Part shown: positions 24,301-33,262 of the stretch, one piece after another
How positions within the stretch are numbered: the first letter of the stretch is position 1
How the letters are laid out: each line of letters starts with the position of its first letter
DNA from: Pseudomonadota bacterium
Lineage (GTDB): Bacteria > Myxococcota_A > UBA9042
Assembly (NCBI GenBank): GCA_005777155.1
Contig: SXNM01000103.1
Location: forward strand, 1 to 40,083
Length of the DNA stretch: 40,083 nucleotides
Direction: 5' to 3'
Made by a program: the position numbers and the translations under genes
Notes under the pieces: model-generated
What the model saw: the letters and a program-made list of their open reading frames with translations, nothing else
What the model was told of the DNA's origin: nothing
Databases searched by the model: none

Positions 24301-26640
24301 GCGCTGGAGGGCAAGCCGTGCGCCCACGTCGAGGCCTGCGTGAAGGGCGGCGCTTGCAAGGGCGCGGTCTGCGCCGGCGGTGACGCTACGGCGTGCGGCG
24401 ACACCGGAGACTGCGCCGTGCAGCCCGACGTGCTCGGCCTGCGCACCCTACAGGCGACGGGCCGGATCGACGCCGATCAGCACCCCAAGGGCCTCGGGCG
24501 CGTCGCCGTCCTGGACGACGCGGGAGACGTCCAGATCGGCAAGCTCGATTGGCCGATCGCCGCCGACTGGAAGCCGGCCTTTGTCGTCGATGGCCCGCCG
24601 AGCGTCGCCGTCGCCAGCGCGCTCGCCGTCGTCGCGCTCGACGATGGCGGCGTGGTCGTCGGCGCCAGCAGCGGCACCGGCGACGCCAGCGCGCCTGCCT
24701 GGAGCCCTTGGCTGAAGCGCACCGACGCCGTCGGCAAGGTGGCGTGGACGATCGCCGCCGTCCCTGGCGCGGCGCTGCTGCTGCGCGACATCGCTCTGCA
24801 CGACGACGGCAGCGTCGGCGTCGTTGGCAGCGTCGACGCCCAGGGCCGCGCCTGGCTGGCGCGGGTCAGCGCTGGCGGGGCGCAGGTCTTTGGCGCGCTG
24901 GTCAAGGGGCCGGGCGCGCAGGCGAGCGCCGATCGCTGGGTGCTGCGGCGCGCCATCGGCATGCCCAGCGCCGCGCTGATGGCCGTCGGCAGCGTCTATG
25001 CGCCCAGCACCGGCGCCACAGCCATCGCCCGCGGCCTCGTCGTGCGCTACGGTGGCTCTGGCGCCAAGCAGCTCGAGGCGAGCACCGCCCAGCCAGGCGA
25101 GACCATCCTCTTCGACGCTGCGCTGCTCGGCGACGGCACGATTCGCGCGGTCGGGGCGCTGCGGGCGAGCGCGTCGGCGCCCTGGCGGCCCTGGGCGGCG
25201 CACTTTGCCAGCGGTGGCGCGCTGCTGCAGGAGGGGGAACTCCTCGGGGCGGGCGCCTTTGAGGGAAGCGACGCCGCGGTCCGCGTCTTGGTGTCGGCGG
25301 CGATCGGCGCCGACGGTGGCTTGGTCATCGGCGCCTACAGCCAGGCCAAGGTCGGCAGCCCGGCAGTGACAGAGCTGTTTCGGCTCGGCGCGGCAGACGC
25401 CGTCGTCTATCGCCGGCCTTTCGATGAGGGCGGCCACCTGGTGCCATGCGCCGGTTGTCTACTGCCGGCGGCGCGCGATGGCTGGCAGCTGATCGCCAGC
25501 AGCTACGCCGTCGGCAAGGGCCTGGAGACCGCCAGCGCGCGCCGTCTACGCATCGGCGCCTTTGGCCACGCCGACTGCGGCTCGGCCGGCGCCTGCGGCA
25601 GCCTCGATCTGGGCGACTGTAGCGACGGCGTCGCCTGCACCCTGCACGGCTGCGATCCCGGCAAAGGCTGCATGCTGACGCCGCACCACGCCGCCTGCGA
25701 CGACGGCAACGTCTGCACCGCGCAGGCCTGCGAGCTCGTGCAGGGCTGCGCCTTCAGCCCCAAAACGGGGCCCTGCAGCCTGCTCGGCGCCTGCGAGGTC
25801 ACCGCCTGCGACGCCGGGCAGTGCAAGGTTACGGGGGCGCCCTTCGACTGCGGCGACGCCGATCCCTGCACCCTCGACAGCTGCTCGAGCGCCTCCGGCT
25901 GCCTCCACCTGCCGCTGACCGCCGGTTCACGCTGCCGCGATGACGCGGCGTGCCTGCAGGGCGTCTGCCCAGGCAACGGCAAGGGCTGCGGCAGCGCGAC
26001 GCCGCTTGACTGCAACGATTTTGAGGCCTGCACGCTCGACAGCTGCTTGAAGTCAAAGGGTTGTCTGCACAAGGAGGTGGATGGCGGCGCCTGCAGCGAT
26101 GGCGACAGCTGCACCAGCGGGGAGGTCTGCGTCGCCGGCGCCTGCACTGGCGGCAAGGTGAAGCCCTGCGCCAGCGGCCAGGTCTGCACCGGCGGAACGT
26201 GCCAGAGCGCCAGCTGTGGCAGCGGCAACAAGGGACTTACCTTCACCGTGGTCAGCCGCGACGACACACTGGACGTCATGAGAGTGGTCGCCTACGCCGC
26301 GGCGTACGGCTACCCGCCCGACGACAACGCCTACGTCGGCGCCATCGCCTGCCAAGAGAGCCGGCCCGTGCTCTGTCTGCGCATCCACGGCTACAGCGGG
26401 CCGCTGACGCAAACGGCATGGTCCAAGGGCGAGTTGCGCGCCAGCCAGCCGGTATCGGGCTGCGGCGTCCGCACCAACGCGGCGGGTGACAAGGTCTGCA
26501 GCGACCGCTTCGGCGCCAACTGGTCGATGCACCACTGGCATGTCACAGGCCAGGAGACCTTCGCCCACGGCGCGCTGCCGCTTGGCACCCGCAGCTGGGT
26601 CTGGATCAGCGATGAACCGCAGGGGACGTGCGCCCAATGA
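21382..26640 (+). CDS. Cys-rich repeat surface protein (probable lipoprotein) with beta-propeller-like region and a distinct C-terminal tip domain
   Basis: Basic n-region plus LACLLLVSTLAD-C (Asp at -1 is atypical for a lipobox). Long Asp/Ala linker, CNGxLxC modules, CDDG..CT repeats. Propeller-like region ~24420-25570; tip KGLTF...WVWISDEP. Start codon uncertain. Confidence 0.85.
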   Translation: MSAGTQALKSGPLGAARRARRFPALACLLLVSTLADCSEDSPSAGLDPALGPDTSVDAASGSDGGGDLDGLDAEDGAAPRADAAALDSDGELAELQDDAAADAAEEDAAEAAMADSQSADGASDDDASTTDGGVTPDATLDDGAATADGAADAALDASETGDATGCVGDGCPCQSVADCVDDGDLCNGVPYCNQPAGTCATNPASVVSCSSVDDSSCGKTQCQPATGACKLVAAPNGQTCSHANPCVGTAACQAGNCQALSNTCACQSHADCAVKDDDNLCNGTLACDPKSKACVIQPGSVVTCPDSQGGCIASSCAAKTGKCETFLVASGASCDDGQACTVGDSCQGGKCQSGSLACPCLKDSDCAPFEDKDLCNGGLVCDKSQSTIEGTPACVVNLKSVVSCQAPLGKPCLQAGCNALNGKCSLTPKPTGASCDDGSPCTVADTCAAGVCGGVPLACDDGDVCTQDSCLPDAGGCLHAPLLCDDQKPCTLDECKGGKCVHVALLGGCDDGDACTAPDLCAKGACVSKPKACIDDVACTSDGCAPGKGCVFLPLDATACDDGVGCTAGDACQAGVCKGTASAALCDDAKVCTLDACLPIVGCVHYALLATPCDDGDACTTGDLCQGKGCAGQPLQASACDDAKVCTKDSCQSKGPGAGCKHEPAPGPCDDGDACTLGDACSGGACAANTVLPCACKSDADCASKLGADACLGAPVCVKAALPYVCGFAPGTAVVCDTTGDGPCKKTTCAKGKCSAAVSADGSACSAGGDACSAGVCGKGLCVATGVALDCDDGEPCTVDTCDNAAGCKHDATALSGKACDDGDACTVGDACKGGECGAGGAALCDDGAPCTVDLCDKAKGCSVDAAAFDGKACDDGDACQGPDLCVGGVCKGKAKLVCDDASPCTVDDCLVKSGCKHDAAPFAGLPCDDSDPCTGGDACANGLCKGAALDCDDDNACTVDSCVGGACLHLGGALEGKPCAHVEACVKGGACKGAVCAGGDATACGDTGDCAVQPDVLGLRTLQATGRIDADQHPKGLGRVAVLDDAGDVQIGKLDWPIAADWKPAFVVDGPPSVAVASALAVVALDDGGVVVGASSGTGDASAPAWSPWLKRTDAVGKVAWTIAAVPGAALLLRDIALHDDGSVGVVGSVDAQGRAWLARVSAGGAQVFGALVKGPGAQASADRWVLRRAIGMPSAALMAVGSVYAPSTGATAIARGLVVRYGGSGAKQLEASTAQPGETILFDAALLGDGTIRAVGALRASASAPWRPWAAHFASGGALLQEGELLGAGAFEGSDAAVRVLVSAAIGADGGLVIGAYSQAKVGSPAVTELFRLGAADAVVYRRPFDEGGHLVPCAGCLLPAARDGWQLIASSYAVGKGLETASARRLRIGAFGHADCGSAGACGSLDLGDCSDGVACTLHGCDPGKGCMLTPHHAACDDGNVCTAQACELVQGCAFSPKTGPCSLLGACEVTACDAGQCKVTGAPFDCGDADPCTLDSCSSASGCLHLPLTAGSRCRDDAACLQGVCPGNGKGCGSATPLDCNDFEACTLDSCLKSKGCLHKEVDGGACSDGDSCTSGEVCVAGACTGGKVKPCASGQVCTGGTCQSASCGSGNKGLTFTVVSRDDTLDVMRVVAYAAAYGYPPDDNAYVGAIACQESRPVLCLRIHGYSGPLTQTAWSKGELRASQPVSGCGVRTNAAGDKVCSDRFGANWSMHHWHVTGQETFAHGALPLGTRSWVWISDEPQGTCAQ

Positions 26641-29600
26641 CCGCATCTCGCCCGCACGCAGCGCCGCCATTGGGTCATCGCGCCGGCCGGCCCTGGCGCG
26701 CGCTGTCTCGTGGCGGCGCCACGGCGTGGCTCGCCGTCTGCGGCCTCTGTGCCTTTGGCGTCGTCAGCGCTTGCCGCGACGGTTCGACCGAGGGCCCAGC
26801 CAGCGACGCCAGCGCCGCCGGCGACGCCAACGCCGACGCCGCCGACGCCGCGTGCAGCGGCCCCGCCTGCCTTCCCTGCCACGGCCTCACCGACGGCAGC
26901 CCCTGCGACGACGGCGATGTCTGCACCGCCGCCGACGCCTGCTTGGCGGGCGCCTGCGTCGGCGCAGAGGCCTGCGTCTGCCGGAGCGACGGCGACTGCG
27001 CTGGCCGCGAGGACGGCGACCGCTGCAACGGCACGCTCTACTGCGACACCTCGGCGCCGCCGCGCGCCTGCAAGGTGCTGCCGTCCTCCGTCGTCGTCTG
27101 CGTCAACGCCGGCGCGCCCTGCCTCGCCGACGTCTGCGACCCTGCGACCGGTGGCTGCGGCACCAAGGGGCGGCCCGCTGGCGTCAGCTGCGACGACGGC
27201 GACCCCTGCACCCTGAAAGATCAGTGCGATGGCGCCGGCTCGTGCGTCGGCGCCGCCGGCGGTTGCGCTTGCCAATCGGACGCCGACTGCGCCCTGCGAA
27301 CGCCGCCGAGCAAGTGCAAGGGCGCGCACTACTGCGACATCGAAAGCCACACCTGCAAGCTCAACCCGGCCACCGTGTTGACCTGCCCGGCCAGCGGCCA
27401 GCCCTGCGTCGACCTCATCTGCCAGGAGGCGAGCGGCAGCTGCGAGGCGGTTCCGCGCGCTGACGGCGCCGCTTGCGACGACGGCGACCAATGCACCGCC
27501 GGCGACAGCTGCCAGGGCGCCGTGTGCAACGCCGGCACCTGGATCTGCCCCTGCGCCAAGGACGCCGACTGCAAGGGCAAGGAGGACGGCGACACCTGCA
27601 ACGGGCAGCTCTTCTGCGACGTCGCCACCGGCGCCTGCAAGGTCAACCCGGCGACGGTCATCAGCTGTGCCAGCGTCGACGACACGGCCTGCCTGCAGGC
27701 AAAATGCGTCGCCAAGACAGGCGCCTGCGTCACGGTGGCGGTCAATGCCAGCGGCGGCTGCGACGACGGCGATCCCTGCACCTTCGGAGAGAGCTGCGTC
27801 GACGGCGCCTGCGTAGATGGTGCGTTGACCTGCAGCTGCAAGACCGACATCGACTGCGCGGCAAAGGACGACGCAGATCTCTGCAATGGCACGCTGTACT
27901 GCGACCCGAAGCTCGGCGCCTGCAAGACCAATCCAGGCACCGTCGTCAGCTGCCCGACGCCCTCCGCGCCGTGCACCACGTCCATTTGCCAGCCCGCGAC
28001 CGGCGTCTGCCTCAGCGCCCTCGCCAAGGACGGCGCGTCATGCAGCGACGGCTCGGCCTGCACGGTCGGTGACGCCTGCAGCGACGGCGTCTGCGTCGGC
28101 GGCGACGCCCTCGCCTGCCCCTGCCTCGTCGACGCCCACTGCGGCAAGTTCGAGGACGGCAACCCCTGCAACGGTACGCTGTATTGCGACAAATCCGGGC
28201 CGAGCCCCAAGTGCCTCATCAACCCAGCCAGCGTCGTCGCCTGTCCCGCCGTCGACGCCGGCGCCTGCATCGCCATCGCCTGCGTGCCCAGCAGCGGGGC
28301 CTGCGCCCAGGTGCCGCTGCAGCCTGGCAGCGCCTGCGACGACGGCGACCCCTGCACCGGCCCCGACGTCTGCGGCTCTAAGGGCTGCGTCTCCAGCAAG
28401 CTCGCCTGCAAGGACGCTGACCCCTGCACCATCGACTCCTGCGGCCCGCTGACCGGCGGCTGCAGCCACGTCAAGAAGCCCTGCAGCGACGGCAACCCCT
28501 GCACCCAAGACAGCTGCGTGGCGACGACCGGCGCCTGCCAGCACGTCGCCGCCAGCTTGCCCTGCGACGACGGCGACGCCTGCACCGAAGGCGACACCTG
28601 CAAGGCCGGGGTGTGCCAGGGCGGCGGGCTCGGCGCCCTCGGCCTGCTCTGCGTCGACGGCAACGCCTGCACCAAGGACCAGTGCGACGCCAAGACGGGC
28701 GACTGCAGCTTTCCGACCAAGGCCGCTGGCGCCTGCGACGACGGCGACGCCTGCACCGCCGGCGATGGATGCGTCGGCGGCGTCTGCAAGGGCATCGCGT
28801 TCTCCGACGGCGCCTGCGCCGACGGCGACGGCTGCACCCTCGACGCCTGCCACCCCCTGGCCGGGTGCCTGAACCTGCCGATGGTCGGCGCCGACTGCGA
28901 CGACGGCGATGCCTGCACCCACCCCGACACCTGCGGCAGCGTCGGCTGCAAGGGCGCCGCGCTCGGCCCCGGCGAGGTGACGGGCACCACCTGCGACGAC
29001 AGCAACCCCTGCACCCTCGATGGCTGCAAGACAGGGCAGGGCTGTCAGCACCAGAAGCTGACCCACGGCGCCCCGGGCGTGGCGCTCTGCGACGACGGCG
29101 ATCCTTGCTCTAGCGGCGACGCTTGCAAGGACGGCGCCTGTCTAGGCGAGCCCGTCGGCTGCGCCTGCAAGAAGGACGCCGACTGCGCGCCGCTCAACGA
29201 CGACGACCTCTGCAACGGCAGCCTGCGCTGCGACACCGCCAAGGCGCCCTTCCAATGCGTCATCGACAGCGAGACGGTAGTGACCTGCCAAGCCGCTGAC
29301 GGCGCCTGCAGCAGCGCGACGTGCCAGCCGGCCACTGGCGCCTGTAAGCAGAGCACCTTGGCCGACGGCAGCGGCTGCGCTCCGGGCGGCGACGCCTGCC
29401 AGACGGGGACCTGCGCCGGCGGCGCTTGCAAGGCCCTCGGCGCCAAGATCTGCGCCGACGGCAACCCGTGCACCTGCGACACCTGCGCCAAGGCGAGCGG
29501 CTGCCTGCACGCGCCGACGCCGCTCGATGGCAAGCCGTGCGACGATGGCGACCCCTGCACGGTAGAGCACGCCTGCGCCGCGGGCGTCTGCGCCGGCGCC

Positions 29601-31334
29601 AAGCCCAAGAGCTGCGCCGACGGCAACGCCTGCACCTACGACCTCTGCCTCGCCAGCAAGGGCTGCGTGTCGAGCGCTGGCGTCCTCGACGGCAAGCCCT
29701 GCGAGGACGGCGACGCCTGCACAGTCGGCGAGCTTTGCGCCGGCGACGCCTGCAAGGGCGGCCAGCCGAAGGGCTGCGACGACGGCAACGCCTGCACGGG
29801 CGACTCCTGCACCTCGAAGCTCGTCGGCGGCCAGCCGAGCGGCGGCTGCACACACGCGCCGGCGGCCGGCGCCTGCGACGACGGCGACCTCTGCACCGAG
29901 AAGGACGCTTGCGGCGGCGGCGTCTGCGCCGGAAAGGTCGTCGGCTGCGGCGATGGCAACGCCTGCACCGTCGATGCCTGCAAGGCGGCCATCGGCTGCA
30001 TCCACGACGACAAGCCGCTGGAGGGCAAGCTCTGCAATCACGCGCAGGGCTGCGTCATCGGCGCCATCTGTCAGCAGGGCCTCTGCGGCGGCGGCGACGC
30101 CTCGGCTTGCGGCAACATCGGCGACTGCTCGGTGCAGAAGACGGCGCTCTATGTCGCACACGGCCCCGCGGTCGGCAGCCCGCTCATCCACCACGCCAGC
30201 AGCGGCAACATCTGGATCAGCAGCGCCCAGGCGCAGCCGCCGGTGTGGATGGTGGCGCGGCTGGACGCCTTCGCCGAGCAGCAGGCCTACTTCACACTTT
30301 CGATGCCCGACGCCGTGGCCAGCGTACCGGCGGTGGTCGAGTTGCCCGACGGCACCGCGATCCTCGCCGGCGGCACCAACCCGAAGTCGGGCCTCGATTG
30401 GCAGGACTGGAAGACGCAGATTCGTCGCGTCAGCGCCAGCGGCGCTGTGCTGTGGAGCAACGCGCCTGGGACTTTTGGTGGCGGCGAGTCGCGCCTGCTC
30501 CGGCGCAAGGACGGCTCGATTCTGTGGGCCTCGGCGGTGACCTCGCAGACCGAGACGACGTTCATCGCCTTCGCGCCCACCAACGGCAGCAAGCTGTGGA
30601 GCGTCACCCGCAAGGGACCGCAGGCGACGTACGACCTCGACGGTTGGGTGACGCCGGGCCTCATCGAGGCCAGCAACTTGGACATCGTCGCCGCCGGCTC
30701 GCTGCGCAACCCATCGAGCGAGACGACGACCAAAGGCCAGCTGATGTTGACCCGCATGACGTCCGGCGGTGCGTTGGCGTGGGTGCGGTACCAGCCGGTT
30801 GGGTTCGATGGTTCGCTCTTGTCGGTGCGTGAGCGCCCGAGCGGTGAGCTTGTCGCCGTCGGCTATGCGCGGGCCACCGCCGAGGCGCCTAACCAACCGT
30901 GGCTGCTACGCACCGACGCCAAGGGCAACGTCCTGCAGGCGGCGCTGCTCGGCCAGAGCGCGACGGCCCAGGTCGCCACCAGCGTCGTCGTCGCCGGCCT
31001 GGACCTCGTCATCGCGGGCTACAGGCAGCGCGACGCGCCGGCCACCGGCTACGAGGGCACGCTATGGCTGCGTCGCGGCGACGGCTCGACGGCCTGGAGC
31101 CGTGTTTTTGCGCTCAAAGAGACGTCGGTTCTGACCACGCTCGCCCCGACGGTGCACGGCTACCTGGCCGCTGGCAGCGCCGCCAGCACGACGCCGACCG
31201 GCCCGGCGACGACCACGCTGCTGCTGCGGACAGACCCCTGGGGCCACACGCCGTGCGCCGCCGTCGGCAAGTGCGCCGGCAAGACCGAGGCCGACTGCGC
31301 GGTGTGCGACGCCTCCAAGGGCTGCCTGCCCTGA
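26637..31334 (+). CDS. Cys-rich repeat lipoprotein with C-terminal beta-propeller-like region (paralog of 21382 gene)
   Basis: ATG 26637 overlaps upstream TGA (ATGA), with AGGGGA upstream. Lipobox FGVVSA-C, six CNGxLxC-type modules, CDDG repeats. Propeller-like region ~30135-31245 (LxRxxxxGxxxW-type blades) ending LLRTDPWGH. Confidence 0.87.
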   Translation: MTASRPHAAPPLGHRAGRPWRALSRGGATAWLAVCGLCAFGVVSACRDGSTEGPASDASAAGDANADAADAACSGPACLPCHGLTDGSPCDDGDVCTAADACLAGACVGAEACVCRSDGDCAGREDGDRCNGTLYCDTSAPPRACKVLPSSVVVCVNAGAPCLADVCDPATGGCGTKGRPAGVSCDDGDPCTLKDQCDGAGSCVGAAGGCACQSDADCALRTPPSKCKGAHYCDIESHTCKLNPATVLTCPASGQPCVDLICQEASGSCEAVPRADGAACDDGDQCTAGDSCQGAVCNAGTWICPCAKDADCKGKEDGDTCNGQLFCDVATGACKVNPATVISCASVDDTACLQAKCVAKTGACVTVAVNASGGCDDGDPCTFGESCVDGACVDGALTCSCKTDIDCAAKDDADLCNGTLYCDPKLGACKTNPGTVVSCPTPSAPCTTSICQPATGVCLSALAKDGASCSDGSACTVGDACSDGVCVGGDALACPCLVDAHCGKFEDGNPCNGTLYCDKSGPSPKCLINPASVVACPAVDAGACIAIACVPSSGACAQVPLQPGSACDDGDPCTGPDVCGSKGCVSSKLACKDADPCTIDSCGPLTGGCSHVKKPCSDGNPCTQDSCVATTGACQHVAASLPCDDGDACTEGDTCKAGVCQGGGLGALGLLCVDGNACTKDQCDAKTGDCSFPTKAAGACDDGDACTAGDGCVGGVCKGIAFSDGACADGDGCTLDACHPLAGCLNLPMVGADCDDGDACTHPDTCGSVGCKGAALGPGEVTGTTCDDSNPCTLDGCKTGQGCQHQKLTHGAPGVALCDDGDPCSSGDACKDGACLGEPVGCACKKDADCAPLNDDDLCNGSLRCDTAKAPFQCVIDSETVVTCQAADGACSSATCQPATGACKQSTLADGSGCAPGGDACQTGTCAGGACKALGAKICADGNPCTCDTCAKASGCLHAPTPLDGKPCDDGDPCTVEHACAAGVCAGAKPKSCADGNACTYDLCLASKGCVSSAGVLDGKPCEDGDACTVGELCAGDACKGGQPKGCDDGNACTGDSCTSKLVGGQPSGGCTHAPAAGACDDGDLCTEKDACGGGVCAGKVVGCGDGNACTVDACKAAIGCIHDDKPLEGKLCNHAQGCVIGAICQQGLCGGGDASACGNIGDCSVQKTALYVAHGPAVGSPLIHHASSGNIWISSAQAQPPVWMVARLDAFAEQQAYFTLSMPDAVASVPAVVELPDGTAILAGGTNPKSGLDWQDWKTQIRRVSASGAVLWSNAPGTFGGGESRLLRRKDGSILWASAVTSQTETTFIAFAPTNGSKLWSVTRKGPQATYDLDGWVTPGLIEASNLDIVAAGSLRNPSSETTTKGQLMLTRMTSGGALAWVRYQPVGFDGSLLSVRERPSGELVAVGYARATAEAPNQPWLLRTDAKGNVLQAALLGQSATAQVATSVVVAGLDLVIAGYRQRDAPATGYEGTLWLRRGDGSTAWSRVFALKETSVLTTLAPTVHGYLAAGSAASTTPTGPATTTLLLRTDPWGHTPCAAVGKCAGKTEADCAVCDASKGCLP

Positions 31335-31435
31335 GCGTGAGACGGCGCCGCCGGCGACCCCGCCGCGCTTGCCACCTGCCGCCGAACATCCGACTCTCCG
31401 GCCCAATCGGCCAGGGGCGGGCCGTGGAGGGGGAG

Positions 31436-33262
31436 ATGGAGTGGCAGGCGTGGTTCACTGGCGCCGTCGTCGTCTCGATGCTGGTGGCGATGGCGACCGA
31501 GCGGGTGCGGCCTGAGAGCGGCCTGGGGCTCGCCCTCAGCGCGCTGATGCTGTCTGGCGTCGTCAGCAGCGAGCGGGCGCTTGGCGGCTTCGCCAACGAA
31601 GGCGTCCTGACCGTCGGCCTGCTCTTTGTCGTCGCGGCGGCGGTCCGGCGATCCGGCGCGCTGGCGCCTGTCGTCGGCATGGCGCTCGGCCGCGCCAGCA
31701 ACCCTCAGGTCGCGTTGCTGCGCATGATGGTGCCGGTCGCTGCCATCTCCGGCATCGTCAACAACACTCCGTTGGTGGCGATGCTGATGCCAGAGCTGCG
31801 CAGCTGGGCCCGCCGCCACGGTGTCGCGCCCAGCCGTTTGCTGCTGCCGCTTTCGTACGCGGCGATGCTCGGCGGCCTGCTGACCGTGCTAGGCACCTCC
31901 ACCAACCTCGTGGTCAACGGCCTGCTCGTCGAATGGCAGCTGCCACCGATCGCCTTCGCCGAGATCGGCCGCATCGGGCTGCCGATCGCCGTCGCCGGCA
32001 TCGCGCTGCTGACGCTCGGCTGGCGCTGGCTGCTGGTCGATCGGCCCGATAGCGAGGCCGCGTTCGCCGATCCGCGCGCTTTTACCACCGAGCTGGAGGT
32101 GCTGCGCGGCGGCGGCTTTGACGGCAAGGCCATCTCCGAGTGCCGACTCGCCGACGGTTCGCCGCTGTTGCCCGTGGAGATCTGTCGCGATCTTCACATC
32201 TTGAGCGCGCCGCGGCTCGACGAAGTGCTCGTCGCCGGCGACCGCCTCGTCATCGCCGGCGGCGTCGCCAGCGTGGCGGCGGCGCTGCGGACCGCGGGCC
32301 TGCGCAAGGCCGTCGACTCGTCTTTCGACACCCGGGCCCTCGGCCAGCAGCGGAGCTTCTTTGAGATCGTCGTCGCCGAACGCTGCCCGCTGATCGGCCA
32401 CCGCGTCGGCAACGGCAGCTTCCGCAAGGCCTACGGTGCGGCGGTGCTGGCGTTGTCGCGGCAGGGCCAGCGGGTGCAGCGGGCGGCGGTGACGACGGAG
32501 TCCAACGCCACCGACGAGCTGCCACGCGCTGAAGGCTGGATCCTGCAGGGCGGCGACACCCTGCTGGTCGAGGCCACGCCGGAGTTCATCGTCAACCACC
32601 GCTTTCATCCGCACTTTCACGTCGTCAGCAGCGCCGAGCTCGACACCGCGCCCCACCCGCGCCACGCGGTCCTCGCCATCGGTGCCTTGCTCGGGTTGGT
32701 CGGCCTCGCTGCCCTTGATGTGCTGCCGGTGCTTCACGGCGCCGTTGCCACCGTGGGCCTGCTCATGCTCTTTGGCTCCATCGACCGCAAGGCCCTGCGC
32801 GAGAGCGTCGATCTGGGCGTGCTCTTCGCCATCGCATGCTCTTTTGGCGTCGGCGCCGCCATCGCCGACAGCGGCCTCGCCGACGCCATGGCGCACATGC
32901 TGGTCGGCGCGGCCAGCGCAGATCCGCACGCGGCGTTGGTGGCCGTCCTGCTGGCGACCATGATCGCGACCGAGCTGCTGAGCAACAACGCCGCGGCGGT
33001 CTTGATGCTGCCGATCGCGTTGGCGACCGCCCGCGGCTTGCACGTCGAGCTCCAGCCCTTCGCCATCGCCGTCATGGTCGGCGCCTCGGCCAGCTTCATC
33101 ACGCCGATGGGCTACCAGACCAACCTCATGGTCTTTGGCCCTGGCGGCTACCGCTTCGCCGACTTCGTCCGCGCCGGCGTGCCGATGAGCGCCATGGTCC
33201 TTTGTCTCAGCAGCTGGCTCATCCCCGTGCTCTGGCCGTTGCGGGCGGTGACGGCGCCGTGA
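31436..33262 (+). CDS. SLC13/DASS-like permease with TrkA-C (RCK_C) domains
   Basis: ATG 31436 after GGAGGGGGAG (the track ORF start at 30899 overlaps the upstream gene). Motifs GFANEG, SGIVNNTPLVA, SRLLLPLSYAAMLGG..T..GTSTNLVV, ELLSNNAAA and ASFITPMGYQTNLMVFGPGGYRFADF; central soluble RCK_C-like region. Confidence 0.92.
   Translation: MEWQAWFTGAVVVSMLVAMATERVRPESGLGLALSALMLSGVVSSERALGGFANEGVLTVGLLFVVAAAVRRSGALAPVVGMALGRASNPQVALLRMMVPVAAISGIVNNTPLVAMLMPELRSWARRHGVAPSRLLLPLSYAAMLGGLLTVLGTSTNLVVNGLLVEWQLPPIAFAEIGRIGLPIAVAGIALLTLGWRWLLVDRPDSEAAFADPRAFTTELEVLRGGGFDGKAISECRLADGSPLLPVEICRDLHILSAPRLDEVLVAGDRLVIAGGVASVAAALRTAGLRKAVDSSFDTRALGQQRSFFEIVVAERCPLIGHRVGNGSFRKAYGAAVLALSRQGQRVQRAAVTTESNATDELPRAEGWILQGGDTLLVEATPEFIVNHRFHPHFHVVSSAELDTAPHPRHAVLAIGALLGLVGLAALDVLPVLHGAVATVGLLMLFGSIDRKALRESVDLGVLFAIACSFGVGAAIADSGLADAMAHMLVGAASADPHAALVAVLLATMIATELLSNNAAAVLMLPIALATARGLHVELQPFAIAVMVGASASFITPMGYQTNLMVFGPGGYRFADFVRAGVPMSAMVLCLSSWLIPVLWPLRAVTAP

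Noticed and set aside
26638-26640. Selenocysteine or read-through at TGA stops of the Cys-rich genes
   Set aside because: The TGA stops at 19846 and 26638 overlap the next gene's start in another frame, and none of the four stops is followed by in-frame continuation of the repeats.
30899-31435. Upstream extension of the SLC13 ORF (also 32836-33258 for the parvulin gene and 10687-10806 for the deacetylase-like gene)
   Set aside because: Arg-rich off-frame translation overlapping real upstream genes; better starts with an RBS or stop/start overlap exist.
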